DNA of 64,000 nt, taken from positions 5,370-69,369 of the forward strand of contig DATKAO010000141.1 of assembly GCA_035498015.1 (NCBI GenBank). Direction: 5' to 3'. The DNA is from Myxococcota bacterium. GTDB taxonomy: Bacteria; Myxococcota_A; UBA9160; SZUA-336. The position numbers and the translations under genes were made by a program. Below, one piece after another: positions 56,362 through 64,000 of the stretch. A model generated the notes under the pieces. The model was not told where the DNA came from. It made no database searches and saw only the letters and a program-made list of their open reading frames with translations. The stretch's first letter is position 1, and each line of letters opens with the position of its first letter.

Positions 56362-57438
56362 ATGACCCGACTGTCTCGGTGCGCTCTACTCGTCGTTCTG
56401 TGTGCGGGCTTCGGCACCACGGCTCTGGCTGCGACCGTGGTCGTATCCAACGACGGCGTCGATTCCGACACCTGCGGCGCCAAGACGGCGCCTTGCCGAT
56501 CGATCAGCAGAGGCATCGCGCGCGCAAACGCGGGTGATCAGGTGATCGTGGGTCCGGGCCGCTACGGAGAGCTTACGAACGACGGCGACTTCACCGACCC
56601 CGGCGAGGAGCTGAACGGCGGCGGCGGCATGATCGTGATCGACAAGGCCGTGAGCGTGAGGTCGGTCTCCGGCGCCACGCTCACCGTGATCGACGCGCGC
56701 GGCCTGTCCGACGTCGCGGTGGCGATCACCGCCAACGGGGCCGAGTTCGGCGGCGTCAAGAAGGGCTTCACGGTGACTGGCGCAGGAGCCACGGCGATCC
56801 AGAGTGACGGCTCGGGCATCACCGTCGCGGGCAACCTGGCGCTCGGCAACGGCGGCGGCACGGGCTACTCGATCGCGGGCAGCGACGCGACGGTGTTCGG
56901 AAACTTCTCGCTCGCGAACGAGATCGGCTTTTCGGTCTCGGCCAGCGACAGCGTGGTGCGCGGGAACACCGCGTGGCTCAACACGCTGGTGGGCTACTCG
57001 GTGTCGGGCGACGGAAACACGCTCGACCGCAACCTGGCGGTGTCGAACGGCACGAGCGGCTTCAACGTCGCGGTCGCGACCTCGGGCGGCAGCGTGACTG
57101 GCAACGCGGCGATCGCGAACGGCGAGAACGGCATCGCGCTCACCGGGCCCGGCTTCACCATCCGCGACAACTCGGCGATCGGGAACGACCAGAACGGCCT
57201 CGGCTTCTCCGACGCGTCGTCGGACCCGAGCGGCGGCAACCTGTTCGGCAATCTCGGCTGCGGCCTGCGCAACGCGTCGGACGGCGCTTCGAACGCGCGG
57301 CACATCTACTTCGGCTCGAAGGACGGCCCGAGTGACACCGATCCGGCGGACCGCGTGTGCAACATCGGGGCGTCGACGACGGACAGCGACCCGTTCGCGA
57401 CCAGGCCCGCCAAGCTCAAGGTCAAGACCCTTTTCTGA
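56362..57438 (+). CDS. secreted right-handed parallel beta-helix repeat protein
   Basis: Signal MTRLSRCALLVVLCAGFGTTALA. Repeated about 22-aa Gly/Asn-rich units (G.S.A..VGN.......G) typical of beta-helix/pectate-lyase-like folds. AGGA RBS. Confidence 0.6.
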   Translation: MTRLSRCALLVVLCAGFGTTALAATVVVSNDGVDSDTCGAKTAPCRSISRGIARANAGDQVIVGPGRYGELTNDGDFTDPGEELNGGGGMIVIDKAVSVRSVSGATLTVIDARGLSDVAVAITANGAEFGGVKKGFTVTGAGATAIQSDGSGITVAGNLALGNGGGTGYSIAGSDATVFGNFSLANEIGFSVSASDSVVRGNTAWLNTLVGYSVSGDGNTLDRNLAVSNGTSGFNVAVATSGGSVTGNAAIANGENGIALTGPGFTIRDNSAIGNDQNGLGFSDASSDPSGGNLFGNLGCGLRNASDGASNARHIYFGSKDGPSDTDPADRVCNIGASTTDSDPFATRPAKLKVKTLF

Positions 57439-57439
57439 G

Positions 57440-58177
57440 TCACCGGGCCGCGGAGGAACGCGAGTCGCGCGCGAGCTTCACGAACACGTCGCGCGCCTCG
57501 CGGGCCTCGACGTCGCGGCCGAAAGGCACGTAGCACAGCGCGTCCGGCGCGCGCGTGCGCATCAGGAAGCCGGCGGTCTCCACCGCCGTGATGCGCGCGC
57601 CCGCCGGACGCTCGCCCGTGCGCGCCGCGGCGATGTCGCACAGCGCGCTCTCGTGGTCGCCGTTCATGTGCTCGATCACGCGCCCGGCCGCCTCGCGCCA
57701 GCCGCGCCCGAGCGGGTCACACACGAGGCTGTCGGGCGGGAGCCAGCGGATCGCCCCGAACCCGCCGATCGCGCGCAGCTTCAGCGGCGCGAGCTCCCAG
57801 AACGTGAAATCGTGCGCGCCGCCGTACCCGGGCGCGCCGGGCACGCGCGCGGCGTAGCGCGCGTGGAGCTCTTCGAGCTCGTCGCCTTCGACGTCGAGCC
57901 GCCGGGCCCGCGCCAGCACGGTGACTCGCCAGCTGGCCTGCGCATCGGGGCGCGCGTCGCCCTCGGGGTCGCGCACGAACAGCGAGCAGCGCGGGTCGCG
58001 CTCGAGATTGCGCGTGTGCTGCGCGATCGCCGAGATCAGCACGAACGGCGTGCCGTCGGCGCGCAGCGCGAACGGCGCCAGCGAGCCGAAGGGGAAGCCG
58101 GCGACCTCGGGCTCGGCCGCGATCGTGCATAGCGCCGCGTTGCGAGCGCCGAGCAGCCAGGCGCGCGCTTCGCTCAC
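57440..58177 (-). CDS. pyridoxamine 5'-phosphate oxidase-like FMN-binding split-barrel protein with DUF2470-like C-terminus (HugZ-like)
   Basis: N-terminus ARNAALCTIAAEPEVAGFPFGSLAPFAL is typical of PNPOx-like proteins. GTG 58177 overlaps the sulfatase stop (GTGA). Confidence 0.55.
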   Translation of the reverse strand: MSEARAWLLGARNAALCTIAAEPEVAGFPFGSLAPFALRADGTPFVLISAIAQHTRNLERDPRCSLFVRDPEGDARPDAQASWRVTVLARARRLDVEGDELEELHARYAARVPGAPGYGGAHDFTFWELAPLKLRAIGGFGAIRWLPPDSLVCDPLGRGWREAAGRVIEHMNGDHESALCDIAAARTGERPAGARITAVETAGFLMRTRAPDALCYVPFGRDVEAREARDVFVKLARDSRSSAAR

Positions 58178-59691
58178 GCGAGCCCCAGCCGCACGAGCTG
58201 GTCTTCCGGCGCCTCGACCGAGGCCAGCGCCGCGCGCAGCAACTCTTCCGCGCGCCGCTCCTCGGCCCCGCCCACGAGGTTGCGTGACTCGCTCGGGTCC
58301 TCGCGCAGGTCGTACAGGTGACTGCCGCGGAACGGCCCGAGCGCCCAGTAGGGCAGGAAGTCACCGGGCCCGAAGGTCTGCCGGATCACCGGCACCTTCG
58401 AGCCGGGCATGCGGTCGAGGCGCGCGCGGTCGTCGGGCAGCGGCAGGCGCAGGTCCGGCAGGCGGTGGATGGGCATGGTCGACCAGCGGTTCGAGAACAG
58501 CGACAGGGGCGCGTTCGGACCGGCCGGGGCGCGCGAGTACTTCGTGCGCCCGTCGATCACCTGGACCTCGCGGCCCCAGTAGCCGGCGAGCGCCCACTCG
58601 CGGATCGAGTCGCGCTCGCCGCGCAGGAGCGGCGTGAGCGACTGCCCGTGCGTGCGGTGGCGTGCGCTGGCGCCGAACAGCTCGAGCAGCGTGGCGTGCA
58701 GGTCGACGTTGGTGGTGAGCGCCGTGCACGTCCCCGCCGCCACGCCCGGCCAGGCCACCAGCAGGGGAATGTGACCCAGCGGCTCGAACACGGGCAGCGC
58801 GGGCTTGCCGAAGGCGTCGCGCTCGCCGAGATAGTGACCGTGGTCGGTGCACACGAACACCGCCGTGCTGGCCCACAGGCCCGTGCGGTCGAGCGCGTCG
58901 AGCAGCCGCCCGAACCAGCGGTCGATCATGGTGAGCTTTCCGCCGTAGCTCGCGCGCAGCTGCCGCGCCTGCCGCTCGCTGATCACGCCGCTCGCGACAC
59001 CGGATGGTGTATAGGGCGGCCAGATCAGGTGCGGCCCCTGCCAGTCGGGGTCGTACATGGACGCGTAGGGCTCCGGCGTGTCGAAGGGCTCGTGCGGGTC
59101 GAACTCGTCCACGAACAGGAGGAAGCGCTCGTGCTGGGGCGCGTCGCGCTCGAGCCAGGCGGCGGCGGCCGCGAGCGTGCGCGGCCCGGGGAAGTCGCTC
59201 TCGCCCCGGAACCAGCCGCGCGAGTCGTCGTAGGCCGTGTGGCCGCGCCCGAACGACGGCGCGCCGAGCCAGCTCGGGTCGGGCCGCGTGCGCCACGGAT
59301 CGCTCTCGTGACCGCGCTGGTAGTCCCAGGCCGTGAAGTCGGTGTGGTAGTTCTCGCCGCCCACCTCGAACAGGTGCGGGTGGTCGGACACCAACAGGGT
59401 GGTGACTCCCGCGCGCCGCAGCGCGGCGGTGATCGGCTCCTCCCAGAGCTCGATCGAGCCCCACGGCTTCCACAGGAAGTCGAGCGCGCCGCACAACAGG
59501 TCGTGGCGCGCGGGGATGCACGGCAACGAACCCGCGAAATGAGCGTCGAACCGGATGGCACGCCGCGCGAACCGGTCCAGGTTCGGCGTGTCGAACTCGC
59601 GCGCTCCATACGCGCCCAGCAGATGCCGATTCAGACTGTCGAGCAGGACGACCACGGCGTTTCGTGGCGCGGACGGCGGCGTCTCCGACAT
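58174..59691 (-). CDS. sulfatase / alkaline-phosphatase-superfamily protein
   Basis: VVVLLDSLNRH...SLPCIPARHDLL (C-x-P-x-R-like) and metal-binding Asp/His motifs (VCTDHGH). Confidence 0.6.
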   Translation of the reverse strand: MSETPPSAPRNAVVVLLDSLNRHLLGAYGAREFDTPNLDRFARRAIRFDAHFAGSLPCIPARHDLLCGALDFLWKPWGSIELWEEPITAALRRAGVTTLLVSDHPHLFEVGGENYHTDFTAWDYQRGHESDPWRTRPDPSWLGAPSFGRGHTAYDDSRGWFRGESDFPGPRTLAAAAAWLERDAPQHERFLLFVDEFDPHEPFDTPEPYASMYDPDWQGPHLIWPPYTPSGVASGVISERQARQLRASYGGKLTMIDRWFGRLLDALDRTGLWASTAVFVCTDHGHYLGERDAFGKPALPVFEPLGHIPLLVAWPGVAAGTCTALTTNVDLHATLLELFGASARHRTHGQSLTPLLRGERDSIREWALAGYWGREVQVIDGRTKYSRAPAGPNAPLSLFSNRWSTMPIHRLPDLRLPLPDDRARLDRMPGSKVPVIRQTFGPGDFLPYWALGPFRGSHLYDLREDPSESRNLVGGAEERRAEELLRAALASVEAPEDQLVRLGLA

Positions 59692-59727
59692 CGCGGCATT
59701 CTCTCACGACCGAATGGAGGTAAGGCC

Positions 59728-61056
59728 TTGGCCCGCAAGCTCTCGCATCTGGCAGCGCTCATCCTGTGCGTCGTGGCCGGCACCGCGCGCGCCGAGGTGC
59801 AGGTCGGCGACACGATCACGGCCGCGAACAAGGAGAAGGTGCGCGGCCTCGTGCCCGACGAGTTCTACACCTACGCGATCGAGGACTTCCCCGACCTCTC
59901 GATGAAGATCGTCGCCACCCAGGACTACCCGGTGCACCCGAAGTATGTCGAAGCGACCGTGCAGTTCGCGTGTCAGGCGACGCTCGACGAGAAGGGCACG
60001 CTCAAGAACTACAGCGCGGGTCAGCCGTTCCCGTACTCGGAGTGGGCGAAGCAGGCCACCCATCACCGGTGCGACCTCACGCCCGACGACCCGCAGTTCG
60101 CGCTCAAGCTGGCCTGGGACGTGAACTACCGCTGGCAGGGCGGCTCGGGCTTCAACCTGCCGCACTGGGGCTTCGCGAACCTGCGCAACAAGGGGCGCGA
60201 GCAGTGGCGGCTCTCGCAGGGCGAGTACCGCCGCACCTACTTCAGCGCGCGCGCCGACCTCCTGCCCGAGACGACCGAGCTCGAGAAGGGCACCAACGTG
60301 GAGTGGGCCGAGTATTTCGACGTGAAGTCACCCTTCGACCTGCGCGGCACGATGTTCCTGCTCTACCGCTACCGCGACGGCAAGGACGACGACACCTGGG
60401 CGTACATCCCGGCGCTGCGCCGCGTGCGCCGCATCGCGGCCACGCAGAAGAGTGACTCGCTGCTCGGCACCGAGTTCACGCTCGAGGACTTCTACTGCTT
60501 CTCGGGCTACGTCTGGGACCACTCGTGGGAGTTCAAGGGCGAGAGCACGCTCTTGTCCGTCCCCGACAGCGCGCGCACCTGCTTCCCGAAGGCCTCGGGC
60601 GCGATCTCGGCCAGGCAGATGGTGCGGCTCGGCACCGACGAGGAGTGGCGCGCCTGCCGCTTCGACCCGTACGGGGTCATGCCCATGGTGGGTGAGTCGT
60701 GGCAGAAGCGGGCGTCGTTCGAGCTCGACGACATCCCCAAGCAGGAAGGCCACCCCTACAGCCGCAAGAAGATCTGGTACGACAAAGAGACCATGTCGCC
60801 CGGCCTGGCCGTGGCCTACGACCGCGCCGGCAAGGTCTACAAGCTGATCGGCGGCGTCGGCCGCTGGAGCGAGAGCTCGGGCATCCCCGAGAACAAGGGC
60901 CGGCAGGTGCTGCTCGGCACCTCGGTCATGATCGTCAACGTGCAGAGCGGCAACTCGAACCTGGGTCAGTTCGACGGCATGAACGCCATGGAGTTCGACA
61001 TCACCGAGAGCCGCAAGTACTACGACACGACCAAGCTGAAGACCACGGGGCGCTAG
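59728..61056 (+). CDS. DUF1329-family secreted protein (LolA-like outer-membrane lipoprotein-sorting fold)
   Basis: GGAGG lies 7 nt upstream of TTG 59728. Signal (M)ARKLSHLAALILCVVAGTARA. DUF1329-like sequence throughout. The ORF-track extension back to 58318 is antisense to the sulfatase gene. Confidence 0.55.
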   Translation: MARKLSHLAALILCVVAGTARAEVQVGDTITAANKEKVRGLVPDEFYTYAIEDFPDLSMKIVATQDYPVHPKYVEATVQFACQATLDEKGTLKNYSAGQPFPYSEWAKQATHHRCDLTPDDPQFALKLAWDVNYRWQGGSGFNLPHWGFANLRNKGREQWRLSQGEYRRTYFSARADLLPETTELEKGTNVEWAEYFDVKSPFDLRGTMFLLYRYRDGKDDDTWAYIPALRRVRRIAATQKSDSLLGTEFTLEDFYCFSGYVWDHSWEFKGESTLLSVPDSARTCFPKASGAISARQMVRLGTDEEWRACRFDPYGVMPMVGESWQKRASFELDDIPKQEGHPYSRKKIWYDKETMSPGLAVAYDRAGKVYKLIGGVGRWSESSGIPENKGRQVLLGTSVMIVNVQSGNSNLGQFDGMNAMEFDITESRKYYDTTKLKTTGR

Positions 61057-61898
61057 CGCTCGCCGTACTTCTTCCAGCTCTCGGGCCGCGCCTCGAGGCC
61101 GCGCACCAGGAGTGACTGCGAGGAGTGGCCGATCGGGCCGCGTTCGTCGAGCAGCCGCGCGTGTGCGGTGCCCGAGCCGTTGTCGACGTAGGTCGCGCGC
61201 GCGTCGAGGCAGATCCACTCGCCCAGCGCGGGGCGGTGCAGGTTCAGCGTAGTATCGGGGTTGATCGCCACGAACGGGCGGGCGGCCATCCCCTTCATGT
61301 CGCGGCTCGCCATGCGCATGAGCGGCACCGAGTAGGTCATGTCGGAGACGAAGGCCACGCGCACCAGCGGCGAGTTGGCCTCGCCCGCGACCAGCGGCAC
61401 GCGCAGTCGCAGCCAGGCGGTCGGTGACTCGAAGCCGGGCACGGGCCGCATCTCGAGCACGCGCTGCAGCGGGTTCTCGGCGTCGCCGCGCGAGTCACTC
61501 CAGGGGAAGCGCATGGCCGTCGCGGGCAGGGCGGGCGGGCGCTCGGGCGAGAGCTCCTCGGGCACCCGCACGGTCGCGACGCGGAAACGCAGGGCGCTGG
61601 CGCGCGCGAACACCTCGCCGCCCGCGCACAGCTCCGCCTCGAGCACGTCGACCGACCCGCCGCTGCGCACCACCCGCGCCCGCGTCTCCACGCGCGCCAA
61701 CGGCGCCGCGCGCATCAGGTCGACGGTGAGCCGGGTGATCTGTGACTCGCGCTCCGCGGGCACGCGCTCCACGGCGCGCGCCAGAAGGCCCAACATGGGG
61801 CTCCCGTGCTGGGTGTTCGGATACCACGGCCCGCGCGCGAGCTCCGTGGGCACGAAGCCGTCGCCGTCGGGCGCGAACACGAACTCGGGGGCCGGCAC
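61053..61898 (-). CDS. thioesterase-like (hotdog-fold, TesB-like) protein
   Basis: GTG start. Family assignment by general resemblance only. Confidence 0.4.
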   Translation of the reverse strand: MPAPEFVFAPDGDGFVPTELARGPWYPNTQHGSPMLGLLARAVERVPAERESQITRLTVDLMRAAPLARVETRARVVRSGGSVDVLEAELCAGGEVFARASALRFRVATVRVPEELSPERPPALPATAMRFPWSDSRGDAENPLQRVLEMRPVPGFESPTAWLRLRVPLVAGEANSPLVRVAFVSDMTYSVPLMRMASRDMKGMAARPFVAINPDTTLNLHRPALGEWICLDARATYVDNGSGTAHARLLDERGPIGHSSQSLLVRGLEARPESWKKYGER

Positions 61899-61937
61899 GG
61901 CGCGCAGCCTAGCACGCGCGCGGGGTATGCTCTGGCC

Positions 61938-62651
61938 ATGGAGATCCGAACCGAGCAGGCCCAGGTGAAGACGCCCGACGGCTCACTGCCCGTCTACCTC
62001 GCGGAGCCCACCGCGCCCGGCCGCTATCCCGCGGTGCTCGTGATCCAGGAGATCTTCGGCGTGAACGGCCACATCGCCGACGTCACGCGCCGCATTGCCG
62101 CCGAGGGCTACGTCGCGCTCGCGCCCGATCTCTTCTACCGCGACGCCAAGGGGGTCGTGATTCCCTACGACCAGATCCCCAAGGCGATCGAGTACGCCAT
62201 GCGCCTGAAGGAAGAGGGGCTGGTCGCCGACCTGCGCGCGTCGCTCGACTTCCTGGCCGCGCGGCCCCAGGTGTCGGGTGCGAAGGCGGGAATCACCGGC
62301 TTCTGCATGGGCGGGCGCATCGCGTTCCTGGCCGCGTGCGCGCTGCCCGACCGGATCGCCGCCGCGGCGCCGTTCTACGGCGGCGGCACCGTGCAGCTCC
62401 TGCCCCGGGCCGAGTCGATCCGCGCGCCCATGCAGTTCTTCTTCGGCGCGCTCGACGCGCACATCCCGCAGAACCAGGTGAAGGCCATCGACGCGCGTCT
62501 TGCGGAGCTCGGGAAGGACTACAAGATCGAGGTGTATCCCGGCGCCGATCATGGCTTCTTCTGCAACGACCGCGCGAGCTACAACGAGAAGGCGGCGTCC
62601 GACGCCTGGACCACGCTGAAGGCGTTCTTCGCCAAGCACCTGGGTAAGTGA
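61938..62651 (+). CDS. dienelactone hydrolase family protein
   Basis: MEIRTEQAQVKTPDGSLPVYLAEP...VIQEIFGVNGHI...GFCMGG nucleophile elbow...DHGF. Confidence 0.7.
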   Translation: MEIRTEQAQVKTPDGSLPVYLAEPTAPGRYPAVLVIQEIFGVNGHIADVTRRIAAEGYVALAPDLFYRDAKGVVIPYDQIPKAIEYAMRLKEEGLVADLRASLDFLAARPQVSGAKAGITGFCMGGRIAFLAACALPDRIAAAAPFYGGGTVQLLPRAESIRAPMQFFFGALDAHIPQNQVKAIDARLAELGKDYKIEVYPGADHGFFCNDRASYNEKAASDAWTTLKAFFAKHLGK

Positions 62652-63079
62652 CCCGGCGGGCGCTGCTCGCGTTCGTTCCAGCACTGACCGGGTGCCTGCC
62701 GCTCCCGATCCCGCACCGCGTCGCGGTGCAGCCGGGGTTGACCGGGAGGATCGTCGACGAGCACCGGGTGCCGATCTCCGGAGCGGACATCGAGCTTCGG
62801 GCCGGGGACGCGCTCTACTCGGCACAGAGCGGCCAGGACGGACGCTTTCGCATCGACCCCGTGGTCGAGTGGCGCTACGTCGTGTGGCTCCCGCTCGTCC
62901 CGATAGACTATTTTCACGGGTGCAGCCCCGCGGAGGTGAGCGTGAAACGGGGCGACCGCATCTTCTGCGGGATCGCTCCGAAGATCTGTGGTGTCGTGCC
63001 GGATGAGTCTCCCGCATGGGCGGGGGAGCATCTCGGAGAGCTCGGAGACATTCCTCTCTGCCCTGCGAAGGAGTCCTGA
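62648..63079 (+). CDS. lipoprotein (carboxypeptidase-regulatory-like beta-sandwich?)
   Basis: GTG overlaps the upstream stop (GTGA). Lipobox MTRRALLAFVPALTGC. Confidence 0.5.
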   Translation: MTRRALLAFVPALTGCLPLPIPHRVAVQPGLTGRIVDEHRVPISGADIELRAGDALYSAQSGQDGRFRIDPVVEWRYVVWLPLVPIDYFHGCSPAEVSVKRGDRIFCGIAPKICGVVPDESPAWAGEHLGELGDIPLCPAKES

Positions 63080-64000
63080 TGTCCCGTCCATTCCCGAGTG
63101 ACCCGTATCTCGAGGGCAACTTCGCGCCGCTGTCCTTCGAGGCCGACGCGAACGATCTGGTGGTCTACGGCGAGATTCCTCGCTGTCTCGAAGGCACGCT
63201 GTACCGAAACGGCGCCAACCCGCAATTCGCGCCGCGCGGGCGCTACCACTGGTTCTCGGGCGACGGCATGATCCACGGCTTCTTCTTCGAGAACGGCCGG
63301 GTCTCGTACAAGAATCGCTGGGTGCGCACCGAGCGCTGGAAGGCGGAGCGCGCCGCGGGCGAGGCGCTGTTCGGCGGAATCACCGACCCGGGCAACAACG
63401 ACCCGCGCGTCGAGGGCATCTCGGGCAACACCGCGAACACCAACATCGTGTGGCACGCCGGCCGGCTTCTGGCGCTGTGGGAGGCGGGCTTGCCGACCGA
63501 GCTCGACCCCGTGACGCTCGAGACGCGCGGCACCTGGGACTTCGCGGGACGGCTGACTCGCCGCAATCATCCCAGCGGCATCATGACCGCGCACCCGAAG
63601 TTCGACCCGCGCACGGGCGAGATGCTGATGTTCGGCTACAGCCCGGTCGAGCCGTATCTCGTCTACAACGTGGTCGACAGCAAAGGGAAGCTCGTGAAGA
63701 GCGTCGAGCTCGACGTGCCCTGGCCGAGCATGATGCACGACTTCATCACTACGGCCGAACACGTGGTCTTCCCGGTGTTTCCGGTCGTGTTCGACCTGGC
63801 GGCGATGGCCAACGGGGGCAACGTCATGTCGTGGCAGCCCGAGCGCGGGACGATGCTCGGAGTCATGCCGCGCAACGGCGAGGCCAAGGACCTGCGCTGG
63901 TTCCAGACCGACCCGTGCTACGTGTTCCATCCGATGAACGCGCACACGGAGGGCTCGCGCGTGATCGCCGAGGTCGCGCGCTTCCCGGTGCTGCCGCTGT
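63079..64000 (+). CDS. carotenoid oxygenase (RPE65/CCD family), 5' part only; the gene continues beyond the window end
   Basis: AAGGAG lies 7 nt upstream of ATG 63079, which overlaps the upstream stop (TGATG). Translation MSRPFPSDPYLEGNFAPLSFEADANDLVVYGEIPRCLEGTLYRNGANPQFAPRGRYHWFSGDGMIHGFF...HPMNAH... has no stop before the window edge. It is absent from the ORF track for that reason. Confidence 0.7.
   Translation, partial: MSRPFPSDPYLEGNFAPLSFEADANDLVVYGEIPRCLEGTLYRNGANPQFAPRGRYHWFSGDGMIHGFFFENGRVSYKNRWVRTERWKAERAAGEALFGGITDPGNNDPRVEGISGNTANTNIVWHAGRLLALWEAGLPTELDPVTLETRGTWDFAGRLTRRNHPSGIMTAHPKFDPRTGEMLMFGYSPVEPYLVYNVVDSKGKLVKSVELDVPWPSMMHDFITTAEHVVFPVFPVVFDLAAMANGGNVMSWQPERGTMLGVMPRNGEAKDLRWFQTDPCYVFHPMNAHTEGSRVIAEVARFPVLPL

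Noticed and set aside
62914-63945. 343-aa − strand ORF at the window end
   Set aside because: Antisense to the clearly conserved carotenoid oxygenase gene that starts at 63079 on the + strand.

Overview
This is a 64 kb window of GC-rich (~70 %) bacterial chromosome, apparently from a Gram-negative (diderm) organism. Evidence for that: a Mla phospholipid-transport operon, outer-membrane porins, lipobox lipoproteins and a BolA/Grx4 pair. It is densely packed: about 60 protein genes plus one tRNA-Glu, many with overlapping start and stop codons. Most of the content is housekeeping or metabolic: oxidoreductases, hydrolases, two TetR regulators, a Hanks-type kinase, tRNA-dihydrouridine synthase (Dus), an ArnT-like glycosyltransferase, three large helicases, ferrochelatase (hemH), endonuclease III (nth), an MgtA-like P-type ATPase, P450, GSTs, a secreted glutaminase between two porins, and M23/M48 peptidases. 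I found no CRISPR array, IS element, integrase or rRNA. The many long ORFs on the opposite strand or in shifted frames are ordinary high-GC artefacts. Five signals are worth follow-up. (1) An interrupted palindrome CGAGTSACTCG (core GAGTCAC / GTGACTC) is strongly over-represented, mostly inside coding sequence and in every reading frame, where it forces rare codons; this looks like a DNA-level signal. (2) Start codons very often overlap the upstream stop as NTGA; in two cases a conserved N-terminus reaches back only to a CTG inside a CTGA overlap, suggesting non-canonical initiation. (3) One protein fuses a monothiol glutaredoxin, a Cys-less IscA-like domain and a rhodanese, and is immediately followed by bolA. 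(4) A roughly 30-nt repeat occurs at two convergent gene junctions. (5) A possibly frameshifted secreted-protein gene lies next to tRNA-Glu. All coordinates and family calls come from reading the translations by eye. No database search was run, so start sites and family names are provisional.
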